Shown: positions 1 to 10,384 of the stretch, in pieces
How the letters are laid out: every line of letters begins with the position of its first letter
Position numbering within the stretch: the stretch's first letter is position 1
NCBI RefSeq assembly: GCF_042660085.1
Contig: NZ_JBHSTI010000008.1
Span: 420,001 to 452,000 of the forward strand
Direction: 5' to 3'
Origin: Longivirga aurantiaca
GTDB taxonomy: Bacteria > Actinomycetota > Actinomycetes > S36-B12 > CAIYMF01
Length of the DNA stretch: 32,000 nucleotides
Notes under the pieces: model-generated
Databases searched by the model: none
The model's input: only the letters and a program-made list of their open reading frames with translations
What the model was told of the DNA's origin: nothing
Made by a program: the position numbers and the translations under genes

Positions 1-1
1 C

Positions 2-1591
2 GGCGAGGTCGAGCGCGGCCTCGAGATGGTCGACGCCGTGCTCCTGCTCGTCGACGCGAGCGAGGGCCCGCTGCCGCAGACCCGCTTCGTCCTGCGCAAG
101 GCGCTGCAGAAGAACCTCCCCGTGATCCTGGTCGTCAACAAGGTCGACCGTCCCGACGCCCGTATCGCCGAGGTCGTCGACGAGACGTACGAGCTGTTCT
201 TCGACCTCGACGCCACGGCCGAGCAGATCGAGTTCCCGGTCGTGTACGCCAGCGCCAAGGCCGGTCGCGCCTCGCTCAACCGTCCCGAGGACGGCGGCAT
301 GCCGGACAGCGAGAACCTCATCCCGCTGTTCACCACGATCCTCGACACCGTGCCGGCACCGCACTACGACCCCGAGATGCCGCTGCAGGCGCACGTCACC
401 AACCTCGACTCCTCGCCGTACCTCGGCCGTCTCGCCCTGTGCCGCATCCACAACGGCACGCTGAAGAAGGGCCAGCAGGTCGCGTGGGCGCGGCACGACG
501 GCACCATCACCCGCGCCAAGATCGCCGAGCTCCTCATCACCCAGGCTCTCGAGCGCGTCCCCGCCGAGTCGGCCGGCCCCGGCGAGATCGTCGCCATCGC
601 GGGCATCGAGGAGATCACGATCGGCGAGACCCTCACCGACGTCGACGACCCGCGCCCCCTGCCGCTCATCACGGTCGACGAGCCGTCGATCTCCATGACG
701 ATCGGTATCAACACCTCGCCCCTCGCCGGCCAGAGCGGCAACAAGCTCACCGCCCGCCTGGTGAAGAACCGCCTCGAGGCCGAGCTCATCGGCAACGTGT
801 CGATCCGCATGGTGCCGACCGAGCGCCCCGACACCTGGGAGGTCCAGGGCCGTGGCGAGCTCCAGCTCGCGATCCTCGTGGAGATCATGCGGCGCGAGGG
901 CTTCGAGCTCACCGTGGGCAAGCCGCAGGTCGTCACCAAGCTCGTAGACGGCAAGGTGCACGAGCCGATGGAGGCCCTCACGGTCGACATCCCCGAGGAC
1001 TACCTCGGCGTCGTCACCCAGCTCATGGCCCTGCGCAAGGGCCGCATGGAGCAGATGGTCAACCACGGCACCGGCTGGGTCCGCATGGAGTATGTCGTGC
1101 CCGCACGCGGCCTCATCGGCTTCCGCACGGAGTTCCTGACCGAGACCCGCGGCACCGGCCTGCTGCACCACGTGTTCCACAAGTACGAGCCGTGGCACGG
1201 CGAGCTCCGCACCCGCCCGACCGGCTCGCTCGTGGCCGACCGCCGCGGCCCCACCACCGGGTTCGCCCTGGCCAACCTCCAGGAGCGCGGCACGCTGTTC
1301 GTGGGCCCGGGCACCGAGGTCTATGAGGGCATGATCGTCGGCGAGAACTCGCGCCAGGACGACATGGACGTCAACCCGACCAAGGAGAAGAAGCTGACGA
1401 ACATGCGTCAGTCCTCCAGCGACGTCCTGGTGCCCCTGATCCCGCACAAGCAGATGTCGATGGAGCAGGCGCTCGAGTTCTGCCGCGAGGACGAGTGCAT
1501 GGAGGTCACGCCGGCCACCGTGCGCATCCGCAAGGTCGTCCTCGACCAGACCGAGCGCGGCCGCTCGGCCGCCCGCGCCAAGAAGGGCTGA
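2..1591 (+). CDS. typA: GTP-binding translation/ribosome-associated factor TypA/BipA (5' end truncated by window)
   Basis: The reading frame is open from base 2 (GEVERGLEMVDAVLLLVDASEGPLPQTRFVLRKAL) and contains NKVDR, the TypA C-terminal region (GRGELQLAILVEIMRREGFELTVGKPQV) and RGLIGFRTEFLTETRGTG. The tracked ORF start at 26 is internal. Confidence 0.97.
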   Translation, partial: GEVERGLEMVDAVLLLVDASEGPLPQTRFVLRKALQKNLPVILVVNKVDRPDARIAEVVDETYELFFDLDATAEQIEFPVVYASAKAGRASLNRPEDGGMPDSENLIPLFTTILDTVPAPHYDPEMPLQAHVTNLDSSPYLGRLALCRIHNGTLKKGQQVAWARHDGTITRAKIAELLITQALERVPAESAGPGEIVAIAGIEEITIGETLTDVDDPRPLPLITVDEPSISMTIGINTSPLAGQSGNKLTARLVKNRLEAELIGNVSIRMVPTERPDTWEVQGRGELQLAILVEIMRREGFELTVGKPQVVTKLVDGKVHEPMEALTVDIPEDYLGVVTQLMALRKGRMEQMVNHGTGWVRMEYVVPARGLIGFRTEFLTETRGTGLLHHVFHKYEPWHGELRTRPTGSLVADRRGPTTGFALANLQERGTLFVGPGTEVYEGMIVGENSRQDDMDVNPTKEKKLTNMRQSSSDVLVPLIPHKQMSMEQALEFCREDECMEVTPATVRIRKVVLDQTERGRSAARAKKG

Positions 1592-1617
1592 CCGGCCGGC
1601 CAGCCGACCCGCCGCAC

Positions 1618-1652
1618 CGAGGAGCCCGCGACGCGACGTCGCGGGCTCCTCG
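1618..1652 (+). terminator. Hairpin downstream of typA
   Basis: Perfect 15-bp stem CGAGGAGCCCGCGAC / GTCGCGGGCTCCTCG with a 5-nt loop, 26 bp after the stop codon. No clear U tract, which is common in high-GC actinobacteria. Confidence 0.8.
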
Positions 1653-1950
1653 CGTTCCCGCACGCGCGCCGACCTGCGGCGATACGGTGACGCCCGTCAC
1701 ATCGAGACCCGATTCCGGCCGAATCGTCACAGTCAGGTGCCGCGGGTATGTCGGAATGGTCCCGATCCGCCCCCCCGCGGTCACGATCCGGTCACGGGGG
1801 TGAGCGTGGCTTCATCCGTCCGTTGGGATGACATAGGTTTCCCGAGGTCCCGGGGTTGGGGGCGAGCCGGTGACCCCGGCAATCGTCCGTACGCCGATCT
1901 CGGGAACGACAGGTCTTCCCGGAACCAGACAGGAAGGCAACAGGTTCTCC

Positions 1951-2937
1951 ATGACCGTGCCTCTCGACACCGAGCGCCGCGACGACGACGCGCCGGCGAT
2001 CGCTGAAGCGACGCCCGAGATCGCCGGGCGCTCCCTCGGTGCCATCGCGTGGGGCCGTCTGCGCCAGGACAAGGTCGCCCTCGTGGGCGCCGGCATGATC
2101 ATCTTCTTCATCCTGGTCGCCATCTTCGCGCCGCTGCTGTGCCGCATCTTCGACGTCGACCCGTTCTCGACCAATACCGACCAGCTCGACGACCTCGGAT
2201 TCCCGAAGGGCCCGTGGGCCGGCGCCTCCTGGGAGCACCCGCTCGGCGTGGAGCCCCGACTCGGTCGCGACATCTTCGCCCGCATCGTCTACGGCGCCCG
2301 CTACTCGCTGATCATCGCGCTGCTCGCCACCGTGCTGACGGTCGTCCTCGGCGTCGTGTTCGGCATCCTCGCCGGCTTCCGCGGCGGGTGGCTCGACACG
2401 TTCATCAGCCGCGGCATGGACATCCTGCTCGCCTTCCCGGTGCTGCTCTTCTCGATCGGCGCCCTGGTGATCGTGAGCCTCACCGACTGGTACCGAGACA
2501 GCGTGCCGGCCCAGGTCGCCTTCCTGACCTTCGTGATCGGCTTCTTCGGCTGGCCGTACATCGGCCGCATCATCCGCGGCCAGGTGCTCTCGCTGCGGGA
2601 GAAGGAGTTCGTGGACGCCGCGCGCAGCATCGGCGCGCCGACCCGTCGCATCCTGTTCAAGGAGCTCCTGCCGAACCTGCTCCCGATCATCCTCGTCTAC
2701 GCGACGCTGATCATCCCGACCAACATCCTGGCCGAGGCGGCGCTCTCGTTCCTGGGCGTCGGGCTCCAGCCGCCGACCCCCACCTGGGGCCAGATGCTGT
2801 CGAGCTCGGTGAGCTCGTTCCAGCTCGTGCCGTTCTACATGGCGGTCCCCGGCATGGCGATCTTCCTGTGCGTCCTCGCGTTCAACCTCTTCGGAGACGG
2901 GCTGCGCGACGCGTTCGACCCCAAGGGCACCCAGTGA
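1951..2937 (+). CDS. Oligopeptide/dipeptide ABC transporter permease, DppC/OppC type
   Basis: BPD-type permease with EFVDAARSIGAPTRRILFKELLPNLLPIILVYATLIIP and LSFLGVGLQPPTPTWGQML. ATG at 1951 is preferred over the upstream in-frame start at 1870. Confidence 0.93.
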   Translation: MTVPLDTERRDDDAPAIAEATPEIAGRSLGAIAWGRLRQDKVALVGAGMIIFFILVAIFAPLLCRIFDVDPFSTNTDQLDDLGFPKGPWAGASWEHPLGVEPRLGRDIFARIVYGARYSLIIALLATVLTVVLGVVFGILAGFRGGWLDTFISRGMDILLAFPVLLFSIGALVIVSLTDWYRDSVPAQVAFLTFVIGFFGWPYIGRIIRGQVLSLREKEFVDAARSIGAPTRRILFKELLPNLLPIILVYATLIIPTNILAEAALSFLGVGLQPPTPTWGQMLSSSVSSFQLVPFYMAVPGMAIFLCVLAFNLFGDGLRDAFDPKGTQ

Positions 2938-2946
2938 CCTTGATCC

Positions 2947-2963
2947 GGGCGGTCTGACCGCCC
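2947..2963 (+). terminator. Short hairpin just after the permease-C gene
   Basis: GGGCGGT CTG ACCGCCC, 7-bp stem, 9 bp after the stop codon. Confidence 0.45.
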
Positions 2964-3053
2964 ACCACATACTTTCCCGGCGGGAGGCCGGGGAGCCCGA
3001 GACCGTCATCCGACGGCCCCGGTGACCACCCTGAGGAGAAGGTGGATCTGTTC

Positions 3054-4811
3054 ATGGCGAACACTCGACGCGCGACTGCGATCGCAGCTGTCGGCGCTGC
3101 CGCCGCGCTCGCCCTCGCAGCATGCGGTGGCGGCAGCGGCGGTGGCACCACGAGCGCCCCGGCCGCCAGCGGCTTCAACGCGGCTGCGACCGGCGTTGTC
3201 AACCCGTCCGATGTGACCGGTGGCACCCTGAAGATGGGCGCGACGTCCGACTGCGACTCGTACGACCCGGCTCGTACCTACTACGCGTACTGCTGGGACA
3301 TCCAGCGGCTCTTCACGCGCTCGCTCATGGGCTTCGCGCCCCTGCCGGGCGCCGCGGGCACCGCTGTCGTCCCCGACCTCGCGACGGCCGCCGGTGAGGC
3401 GAACGCCGACAAGACCGAGTGGAAGTACACGCTCAAGGACGGCGTGAAGTGGGAGGACGGCAGCGCCATCACGTCGAAGGACGTGAAGTACGCGGTGCAG
3501 CGTCTCTTCGCGACCGACGTGATCAACGGTGGTCCGTCGTCGTACTTCACCAGCCTGCTCGACGACGGCACCTACAAGGGCCCCTACGCGGACCCGAACG
3601 GCGACCTCCCGTCGGTCACCACGCCTGACGACAAGACGATCATCTTCAAGCTCAACAAGCCCTTTGCGGACTTCAACTTCCTGATGGCGCTGCCCACGGC
3701 CGCTCCCGTCCCGGCGTCGAAGGACACCAAGGCCGACTACGGCAAGAAGCCGTTCTCGTCCGGCCCCTACAAGATCGACTCGTTCGAGGCCGGCAAGAGC
3801 ACGACCTGGTCGCGCAACACCAACTGGGACAAGGCGACCGACGAGATCCGCAAGGCCCTCGTCGACAAGGTCGAGCTCACGATCATCGGTGACGCTGCCG
3901 ACCTCGACAAGCGCCTGCTCGCCGGTGACCTCGACCTTCAGGCCGACGGTGGAATCCTCCCCGAGAGCCGCGCCCTCGTCCTCGCGGACGAGACCAAGAA
4001 GGCCAACGCCGACAACCCGGTGACCGGCTTCACCCGCTACATCGCAGTGATGCAGACGGTCGAGCCGCTCACCAACAAGGCGTGCCGCGAGGCGATCTTC
4101 TACGCCTTCAACAAGGCCGACTACCGCAAGGTCCGCGGCGGCGACACCGGTGGCGACCTCGCCAACACGATGACGCCCCCGCTCGTGCCGGGCTTCGACG
4201 AGACGTTCAACCCGTACCCCTCGGGTCCGGACGGCACGGGTGACCTCGAGCAGGCCAAGGCCAAGCTCGCGGAGTGCGGTCAGGCTGACGGCTTCTCGAT
4301 CAACCTCGCGTACGTGAACCAGGGTCTCGGCCCGGACCTGTTCGCCTCGGTCCAGCAGAACCTCGGCCGCGTGGGCATCAAGGTCGGCGGCGCCGCGAAC
4401 GACGGTTCGTCGTACTACTCGACGTGGATCGGCTCGCCGAAGAACGTCATCGACCAGAAGATCGGTATCGCGATCGCTGGTTGGGGCGCTGACTTCCCGA
4501 CCGCCTACGGCTTCTGGCAGTCCATCGCCAACGGCAACGCGATCCTCGACGAGGGCAACTCGAACTACCCGTCGCTGAACGACCCCAAGGTCAACGACCT
4601 GCTCGACCAGTTGACCAAGGAGGGCGACAAGGCCAAGGCCGACGACCTCGCCAAGCAGCTCGACCAGCAGGTCATGGCGAACGCGGTGTACCTGCCGGTT
4701 CAGTTCGACAAGACCTTCTACTACCGCAACCCCCGCCTCACCAACATCTACCTCAACGGTGGCGTGGGTAACTACTACGACTACGTCAACGTCGGCACCG
4801 GCGGCAAGTGA
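3054..4811 (+). CDS. ABC transporter substrate-binding lipoprotein, family 5 (oligopeptide/dipeptide)
   Basis: Lipoprotein signal peptide with lipobox (ALALAACGGGSGGG), then SBP_bac_5-like features (VKWEDGSAITSKDVKYAVQRL, KPFSSGPYKI). GAGGAG-rich RBS lies upstream. ATG 3054 is preferred over GTG 3042. Confidence 0.93.
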   Translation: MANTRRATAIAAVGAAAALALAACGGGSGGGTTSAPAASGFNAAATGVVNPSDVTGGTLKMGATSDCDSYDPARTYYAYCWDIQRLFTRSLMGFAPLPGAAGTAVVPDLATAAGEANADKTEWKYTLKDGVKWEDGSAITSKDVKYAVQRLFATDVINGGPSSYFTSLLDDGTYKGPYADPNGDLPSVTTPDDKTIIFKLNKPFADFNFLMALPTAAPVPASKDTKADYGKKPFSSGPYKIDSFEAGKSTTWSRNTNWDKATDEIRKALVDKVELTIIGDAADLDKRLLAGDLDLQADGGILPESRALVLADETKKANADNPVTGFTRYIAVMQTVEPLTNKACREAIFYAFNKADYRKVRGGDTGGDLANTMTPPLVPGFDETFNPYPSGPDGTGDLEQAKAKLAECGQADGFSINLAYVNQGLGPDLFASVQQNLGRVGIKVGGAANDGSSYYSTWIGSPKNVIDQKIGIAIAGWGADFPTAYGFWQSIANGNAILDEGNSNYPSLNDPKVNDLLDQLTKEGDKAKADDLAKQLDQQVMANAVYLPVQFDKTFYYRNPRLTNIYLNGGVGNYYDYVNVGTGGK

Positions 4812-4850
4812 CGAAGTCCTAGCTAGCTGATCGCTCCACTTCAACACGCG

Positions 4851-4887
4851 GGTGTGGCCGGCGGGAGACAATCCCGTCGGCCACACC
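4851..4887 (+). promoter_or_regulatory. Intercistronic hairpin between the binding-protein and permease-B genes
   Basis: GGTGTGGCCGGCGGGA GACAA TCCCGTCGGCCACACC: 16-bp stem with one G-U wobble, ending a few bases before the CGGAGGG RBS of the next gene. Confidence 0.75.
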
Positions 4888-4900
4888 CTGCGGAGGGCAC

Positions 4901-5911
4901 ATGTTCCGGTACATCGTCCGACGGCTCCTCGGGGCCGTGGTCGTCGTGTTCATCGTCAGCCTCGTGACGTTCTTCCTGTTCCAGCTGGGACCGAAGATCA
5001 CGGGCTCGAGCCCCGCGTACCTGTACGCGGGCAAGAACCCGACGCCGGAGATCATCGCCCAGATCGAGAAGGGCCTCGGTCTCGACCAGCCCCTGCTCGT
5101 GCAGTACGGCCAGTTCGTCAAGGGCATCGTGGTGGGCCGTGAGTACTCCGACGGCACCGTCGACGGCGTCCGCCCCTGCCCTGCCCCGTGCTTCGGCTAC
5201 TCGTTCCGCTACCAGACCCCGGTCTGGGACCTGATCAAGGACCGCTTCCCCGTTACGGCGTCGTTGGCCGTCGGGGCCGCCATCCTCTGGCTGATCTTCG
5301 GCCTGTCGGTCGGCATCCTGTCCGCCCTGAAGAAGGGCACGATCACAGACAGGGTCGCGATGATCATCGCGCTCGCCGGCGTCTCGCTACCCGTCTACTT
5401 CACCGGGCTCGTGCTGCTGTACGTGTTCGTGTACGGCCCGATCCGGTTCCTGCCACCACCGTCGTACAAACCTCTCACCGAGGATCCGGTGGCGTGGCTG
5501 CAGTCGCTGATCCTGCCGTGGGTCGCCCTGGCGTTCCTGTACGCGGCGCTCTACGCCCGGCTCACGCGCGCCAACATGCTCGACACCATGTCCGAGGACT
5601 ACATCCGGACCGCGGTGTCCAAGGGCCTGTCGCGCCGGAAGGTGATCAGCAAGCACGCGCTGCGTGCGGCGCTCACGCCCATCATCACGATCTTCGGCCT
5701 GGACCTCGGAGCACTGCTCGGTGGAGCGATCCTGACCGAGAAGGTGTTCAGCCTCCCAGGGCTGGGGTACCTGTCGATCGACGCGATCCAGAAACAGGAT
5801 CTGCCCGTCATCATGGGTGTCACGATCGTCGCTGCGCTGTTCATCGTCGTCGCCAACATCGTCGTCGACGTCCTCTACGGCGTGGTCGACCCACGCGTGC
5901 GCCTGAGCTGA
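4901..5911 (+). CDS. Oligopeptide/dipeptide ABC transporter permease, DppB/OppB type
   Basis: Starts MFRYIVRRLLGAVVVVFIVSLVTFFLFQL; contains ARLTRANMLDTMSEDYIRTAVSKGLSRRKVISKHALRAALTPIITIFGLDLGALLGGAILTEKVF. CGGAGGG RBS. Confidence 0.95.
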   Translation: MFRYIVRRLLGAVVVVFIVSLVTFFLFQLGPKITGSSPAYLYAGKNPTPEIIAQIEKGLGLDQPLLVQYGQFVKGIVVGREYSDGTVDGVRPCPAPCFGYSFRYQTPVWDLIKDRFPVTASLAVGAAILWLIFGLSVGILSALKKGTITDRVAMIIALAGVSLPVYFTGLVLLYVFVYGPIRFLPPPSYKPLTEDPVAWLQSLILPWVALAFLYAALYARLTRANMLDTMSEDYIRTAVSKGLSRRKVISKHALRAALTPIITIFGLDLGALLGGAILTEKVFSLPGLGYLSIDAIQKQDLPVIMGVTIVAALFIVVANIVVDVLYGVVDPRVRLS

Positions 5912-5924
5912 CCAAGGAATCACC

Positions 5925-6992
5925 GTGACCCTCATTGCCGACTCCGCGGCCTCGGCCCCCTCGGGCCCCCCGAAGCACTTCCTCGAGGTCCGCGACCTGC
6001 GTGTCGCGTGGCCGACCGACGACGGCCTCGTCCGGTCGGTCGACGGCCTGTCGTTCTCGGTCGAGCGCGGCAAGACCCTCGGCATCGTGGGCGAGTCCGG
6101 CTCGGGCAAGTCCGTGACGTCCCAGGCCATCCTCGGCCTGCAGAAGGGCACCCGCGCCCAGGTGTCCGGCGAGATCTGGCTCGACGGCGAGGAGCTCGTC
6201 GCCAAGGACGCCGACGAGATGCGGTCGCTGCGCGGCAACAAGGTCGCGATGATCTTCCAGGACCCGCTCTCCTCGCTGCACCCGTTCTACCGGGTCGGCG
6301 AGCAGATCGTGGAGGCCTACCAAGTCCACAACAACGTCAGCAAGGACGTCGCGCGCAAGCGGGCGATCGAGATGCTCGACCGGGTGGGCATCCCCAACCC
6401 CGACCGGCGCGTCGACGACTACCCGCACCAGTTCTCCGGCGGCATGCGCCAGCGCGCGATGATCGCGATGGCGCTCGTGAACGACCCTCAGCTGCTCATC
6501 GCCGACGAGCCCACCACGGCGCTCGACGTGACGGTCCAGGCCCAGATCCTCGACCTCATGCGCGACCTGCAGAAGGAGTACAACTCCGCGATCATGATCA
6601 TCACGCACGACCTCGGCGTCGTCGCCGAGATCGCCGATGACGTGGTCGTGATGTACGGCGGTCGCTGTGTCGAGCAGGGCTCGGTGCGCGACGTCTTCTA
6701 CCGCCCGGAGATGCCGTACACGTGGGGCCTGCTCGGCTCGATGCCGCGCCTCGACCGCGACCGCAAGGGCCGCCTCGACCCGATCCCGGGCAACCCGCCG
6801 TCACTCATCAACCTGCCGAAGGGCTGCGTCTTCGCGCCCCGCTGCAAGCACCGCGACAAGGTCGCCGGCACCGCCTGCGCCACCGATCGCCCGGATCTGA
6901 TCGAGACCGCACCCGGGCATGCCGTCCGCTGCCACATCGACGCCGAGGAGCGGCGCCGGACCTGGATCGAGGACATCAAGCCCTCGCTCTAG
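5925..6992 (+). CDS. Oligopeptide ABC transporter ATP-binding protein, OppD/DppD type
   Basis: Walker A GESGSGKS, signature [15 protein letters not shown], Walker [13 protein letters not shown], and the C-terminal oligopeptide/dipeptide region ([18 protein letters not shown]). GTG start. Confidence 0.95.
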   Translation: MTLIADSAASAPSGPPKHFLEVRDLRVAWPTDDGLVRSVDGLSFSVERGKTLGIVGESGSGKSVTSQAILGLQKGTRAQVSGEIWLDGEELVAKDADEMRSLRGNKVAMIFQDPLSSLHPFYRVGEQIVEAYQVHNNVSKDVARKRAIEMLDRVGIPNPDRRVDDYPHQFSGGMRQRAMIAMALVNDPQLLIADEPTTALDVTVQAQILDLMRDLQKEYNSAIMIITHDLGVVAEIADDVVVMYGGRCVEQGSVRDVFYRPEMPYTWGLLGSMPRLDRDRKGRLDPIPGNPPSLINLPKGCVFAPRCKHRDKVAGTACATDRPDLIETAPGHAVRCHIDAEERRRTWIEDIKPSL

Positions 6993-7031
6993 CCGCCCGT
7001 CCCGCTCCCACGCCGTACGAATGGAGACACC

Positions 7032-8186
7032 GTGACCGTCGCACCGAGCACCGAGTCGAGCCAGGCCCCCGGCCTGCGCGACGACGCCCTGCTCCAGGTC
7101 AGGGACCTCAAGAAGCACTTCCCGATCACCCAGGGCATCGTCTTCCAGCGCCAGGTGGGCGCCGTGCAGGCCGTCGACGGCATCACCTTCGACGTCGCCG
7201 AGCGCGAGACCCTGGGTGTCGTCGGCGAGTCCGGCTGCGGCAAGTCGACCGCCGGCCGCACGATCACCAAGCTGATCGAGCCGACGTCCGGGTCGATCGT
7301 GTTCAACGGCCACGACATCACGAACTACTCGGTGTCGCAGATGCGCAACATCCGCAGCGACGTCCAGATGATCTTCCAGGACCCGTACTCGTCGCTGAAC
7401 CCGCGCCACACGATCGGCACCATCGTCGGTGCGCCGTTCCGGGTGCAGGGCACGGTCACCGACAAGGAGATCAAGCCCAAGGTCCAGGAGCTCCTCGAGC
7501 GCGTCGGCCTCAACCCCGAGCACTACAACCGCTACCCGCACGAGTTCTCCGGCGGCCAGCGCCAGCGCATCGGCGTCGCGCGGGCCATCGCCCTGCGCCC
7601 CAAGCTCATCGTCTGCGACGAGCCGGTCTCGGCGCTCGACGTGTCGATCCAGGCGCAGGTCGTCAACCTGCTCGAGGACCTGCAGACCGACTTCGGCATC
7701 GCCTACATCTTCGTGGCGCACGACCTCTCCGTGGTCCGGCACATCGCCGACCGCGTCGCGGTGATGTACCTCGGCAAGATCATGGAGCTTGCCGACCGCG
7801 ACGTGCTCTACTCGACGCCGCTGCACCCGTACACCCACGCGCTCATGTCGGCCGTGCCGATCCCGGACCCCGACAACCAGAACCGGCGCGAGCGGATCCT
7901 GCTCACCGGCGACCTGCCGAGCCCGATCAACCCGCCCTCGGGCTGCGTGTTCCACACCCGCTGCTACAAGGCGCAGGAGCGCTGCAAGCTCGAGGTGCCG
8001 GAGTTCCGCGAGCTCTCCCCGGGGCACGCCATCGCGTGCCACTTCCCGGAGGCCAAGCCGGTGTTCGTGCACAGCGACGAGGTCATCCGCGGGCCGCAGC
8101 CCGACGAGGAGTCGGTCGCCCCCGTCGACGGGAACGACGACCTCGTGCACCGCGCGCACGAGACCGGCCGCACCAACATCCGCTAG
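7032..8186 (+). CDS. Oligopeptide ABC transporter ATP-binding protein, OppF/DppF type
   Basis: Walker [10 protein letters not shown], signature [15 protein letters not shown], Walker [14 protein letters not shown]-terminal [18 protein letters not shown] start with a GGAG upstream. Confidence 0.95.
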   Translation: MTVAPSTESSQAPGLRDDALLQVRDLKKHFPITQGIVFQRQVGAVQAVDGITFDVAERETLGVVGESGCGKSTAGRTITKLIEPTSGSIVFNGHDITNYSVSQMRNIRSDVQMIFQDPYSSLNPRHTIGTIVGAPFRVQGTVTDKEIKPKVQELLERVGLNPEHYNRYPHEFSGGQRQRIGVARAIALRPKLIVCDEPVSALDVSIQAQVVNLLEDLQTDFGIAYIFVAHDLSVVRHIADRVAVMYLGKIMELADRDVLYSTPLHPYTHALMSAVPIPDPDNQNRRERILLTGDLPSPINPPSGCVFHTRCYKAQERCKLEVPEFRELSPGHAIACHFPEAKPVFVHSDEVIRGPQPDEESVAPVDGNDDLVHRAHETGRTNIR

Positions 8187-8192
8187 TCACGA

Positions 8193-8226
8193 CGAAGGGC
8201 CCCGACCAGATGGTCGGGGCCCTTCG
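8193..8226. terminator. Bidirectional terminator between converging oppF-like and S9 peptidase genes
   Basis: CGAAGGGCCCCGAC..GTCGGGGCCCTTCG, near-perfect palindrome located between convergent stops at 8186 and 8238. Confidence 0.88.
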
Positions 8227-8237
8227 TGCACCTCGGC

Positions 8238-10328
8238 TCAGTCGACGCCGAGGGAGCGCTTCAGGAAGTCGAGCTCGAGCAGCAGCTTGTTCTCGGCGAC
8301 CTCCTCCTGCGGCGTCATGTGCGTGACGCCGGACAGCGGCAGCACCTGGTGCGGGCGACCCGCGACCGTGAGCGCCCCGGACAGCGCGAGCGTGTGGGCG
8401 ACCACCACGTTGTCGTCGGTGAGCCCGTGGATGATCATGAGCGGCCTGGAGAGCCCGGGTGCGAGCGTCATCAGGCTGCCGGCGTCGTACGGCGCGGGGT
8501 CGACGGCCGGGTTGCCGAGGTAGCGCTCGCTGTACGTCGTGTCGTAGAGCCGCATGTCGGTCACGGGCGCACCGGCGACGGCGGCATGGAACACGTCCGG
8601 CCGCTTGAGCACTGCGAGCGCCGACAGGTAGCCGCCGAACGACCACCCGCGGATTCCGACGCGCGTGGTGTCGACGTCGTCAGGCCAGCAGGCGGCTACG
8701 GCCTCGAGCGCCGTCACCTGGTCTGCCAGGACGACGTCGGTGAGGTCGTGGTGCACGGCGCGGTCCCAGGCGGGACCGCGCCCCGGGGTGCCGCGGCCGT
8801 CGGCGACGACGACGCAGAAGCCCTGGTCGGCGAGCCACTGGTCCTCCCCGAACGACAGGCCGGACGCGAGCACCTCGGCGTGGTGCGGGCCGCCGTACGG
8901 GCTGAGGACCACCGGGAGCCGGCGGGAGCCGGGCTCGTGGTCGCTCGGCCACAGGACGGCGGTGACGATCGCGAGGTCGCCCGCGGCGATGACCTCGACC
9001 TTCGGGGTCACGGCCGGTACCTCGGCATGGGTCGTGACGGGGATCGCGCGGCCGCCCGAGCGCACCTCGTACGTGGTCGCGGTCGAGTCGAGCGTGCGGC
9101 CGACGAGGAGGTCGGTGCCGCCCGACGTGCGCCCGGCCCACCAGGCCTGGCCGTCGGCCACGACCGAGAGGGTGCCGTCCCACGCCACCTTCACGAGCGA
9201 GGACGAGAGCGGGTCGGGCGCGGTGGCCACCAGCACGCCGTCCGCGTCTACGTCGACGACCCCGCGCACCTGCACTCCTGCCGGCGTGAGCCAGCCATCA
9301 CCGAGGTGCAGCCGGTAAGTGTCGCTGGCGCGGTCCGGGCGCAGCGTCAGGAGGCGGCCGTCCGGCGTCCAGCGGAACGCGCCGGGGGAGGCGTCGACCC
9401 ACTGCTCGTCCGTGATCTCCGCGACGGTCCGCGTCTCCCCGGTCGCGACGTCGACGGCGAGCACGGCGAACGTCCGCTGGTCGCGCGTGGAGACGACCAC
9501 GAGCGGGTCGCCGTACGACGTCCACGAGACGTCGACGAGGTACTCGAACGCGGCAGAGTCCCACCGGACGTCCGCGGACGACCCGTCGAGCCGCACGACG
9601 GCCAGCGACACGAGCGCGTTGGGCGTGCCTGCCGCGGGGTAGCGGTGCGGCCGCGGGCGCTGGTCGGGGTGCAGCGGGTCGGCGATCCACCACTCGTTCA
9701 CCGGTGTCTCGTCGACGCGCTCGACCAGCACGGCGTCGGACGAGGGCGACCACCAGAAGCCGCGCGAGCGGTCGAGCTCCTCGGCTGCGGCGAAGTCGGC
9801 GAGGCCGCAGGTCTCGAGGGCGTGCGCCGGCTCGGCGAGAGCACGGTCGTCGGACCCGTCGGAGCGCACGAGCCGCAGCGACCGACCGGATACGTAGGCG
9901 ACGTGCGCGCCGTCGGGCGACAGCCTCGGGTCGATCACCGGGCCGGGCACGTCGAGGGCGTGGATGTCGCCGTCGTCGAGCGATCCGCCGTACAGGCCGC
10001 CGGACAGCGCGAAGACCGCGTGCGTGACGGCGTCGTCGGTCGAGTAGCCGACGATGCCGGCGTTGCCCTCGCGCATCCGCTCGCGGCGCGCACGCTCCTC
10101 CACCGACAGCTCCTCGGCCCCCGAGTGCAGCATGGTCGGGTCGGCAGCCAGCCGCTCGACGCCGCTCTCGACGTCGAGCACCCAGAGCCTGCCGACGACG
10201 TCGGTGCCGGACGCCGAGCGCACGAACACGACGCGGCGGCCGTCGGGGGACAGGGTGAACAGGCGCGGCGCCCCGGCGCTGAAGCGGTGGGTGCGGGCGC
10301 TGTGCCGGGGGAACGACGACGTTGTCAT
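8238..10328 (-). CDS. S9 family serine peptidase (prolyl oligopeptidase / dipeptidyl-peptidase IV-like)
   Basis: C-terminal alpha/beta hydrolase with [14 protein letters not shown] (nucleophile elbow), [10 protein letters not shown] (acid) and GVTHMTPQE (His region), preceded by a propeller-like N-terminal region. Confidence 0.92.
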   Translation of the reverse strand: MTTSSFPRHSARTHRFSAGAPRLFTLSPDGRRVVFVRSASGTDVVGRLWVLDVESGVERLAADPTMLHSGAEELSVEERARRERMREGNAGIVGYSTDDAVTHAVFALSGGLYGGSLDDGDIHALDVPGPVIDPRLSPDGAHVAYVSGRSLRLVRSDGSDDRALAEPAHALETCGLADFAAAEELDRSRGFWWSPSSDAVLVERVDETPVNEWWIADPLHPDQRPRPHRYPAAGTPNALVSLAVVRLDGSSADVRWDSAAFEYLVDVSWTSYGDPLVVVSTRDQRTFAVLAVDVATGETRTVAEITDEQWVDASPGAFRWTPDGRLLTLRPDRASDTYRLHLGDGWLTPAGVQVRGVVDVDADGVLVATAPDPLSSSLVKVAWDGTLSVVADGQAWWAGRTSGGTDLLVGRTLDSTATTYEVRSGGRAIPVTTHAEVPAVTPKVEVIAAGDLAIVTAVLWPSDHEPGSRRLPVVLSPYGGPHHAEVLASGLSFGEDQWLADQGFCVVVADGRGTPGRGPAWDRAVHHDLTDVVLADQVTALEAVAACWPDDVDTTRVGIRGWSFGGYLSALAVLKRPDVFHAAVAGAPVTDMRLYDTTYSERYLGNPAVDPAPYDAGSLMTLAPGLSRPLMIIHGLTDDNVVVAHTLALSGALTVAGRPHQVLPLSGVTHMTPQEEVAENKLLLELDFLKRSLGVD

Positions 10329-10370
10329 GGCGGGAGTCTTTCACCGCCGACGCGTGCGCACCGACGGGGT

Positions 10371-10376
10371 TAGGCT
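10371..10376 (+). promoter_or_regulatory. Candidate -10 element (TAGGCT) for leaderless mshB
   Basis: TAGGCT followed by 8 nt and then GTG at 10385. No Shine-Dalgarno sequence between. Confidence 0.4.
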
Positions 10377-10384
10377 CACCTCTC

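Noticed and set aside
1760-1800. Tandem CGGTCACGAT / CCGGTCACGG motif in the leader before the permease-C gene
   Set aside because: Only two short copies with mismatches. Could be a regulator site, but there is no support beyond the repeat itself.
3006-4886. 626-aa ORF on the - strand opposite the substrate-binding protein
   Set aside because: Antisense artefact of high GC3. It shows no protein-family motifs, is rich in V/R/G/H, and lies opposite a clearly coding lipoprotein gene.
8226-10373. 715-aa + strand ORF opposite the S9 peptidase
   Set aside because: Mirror ORF of a well-supported peptidase, with low-complexity composition and no motifs.
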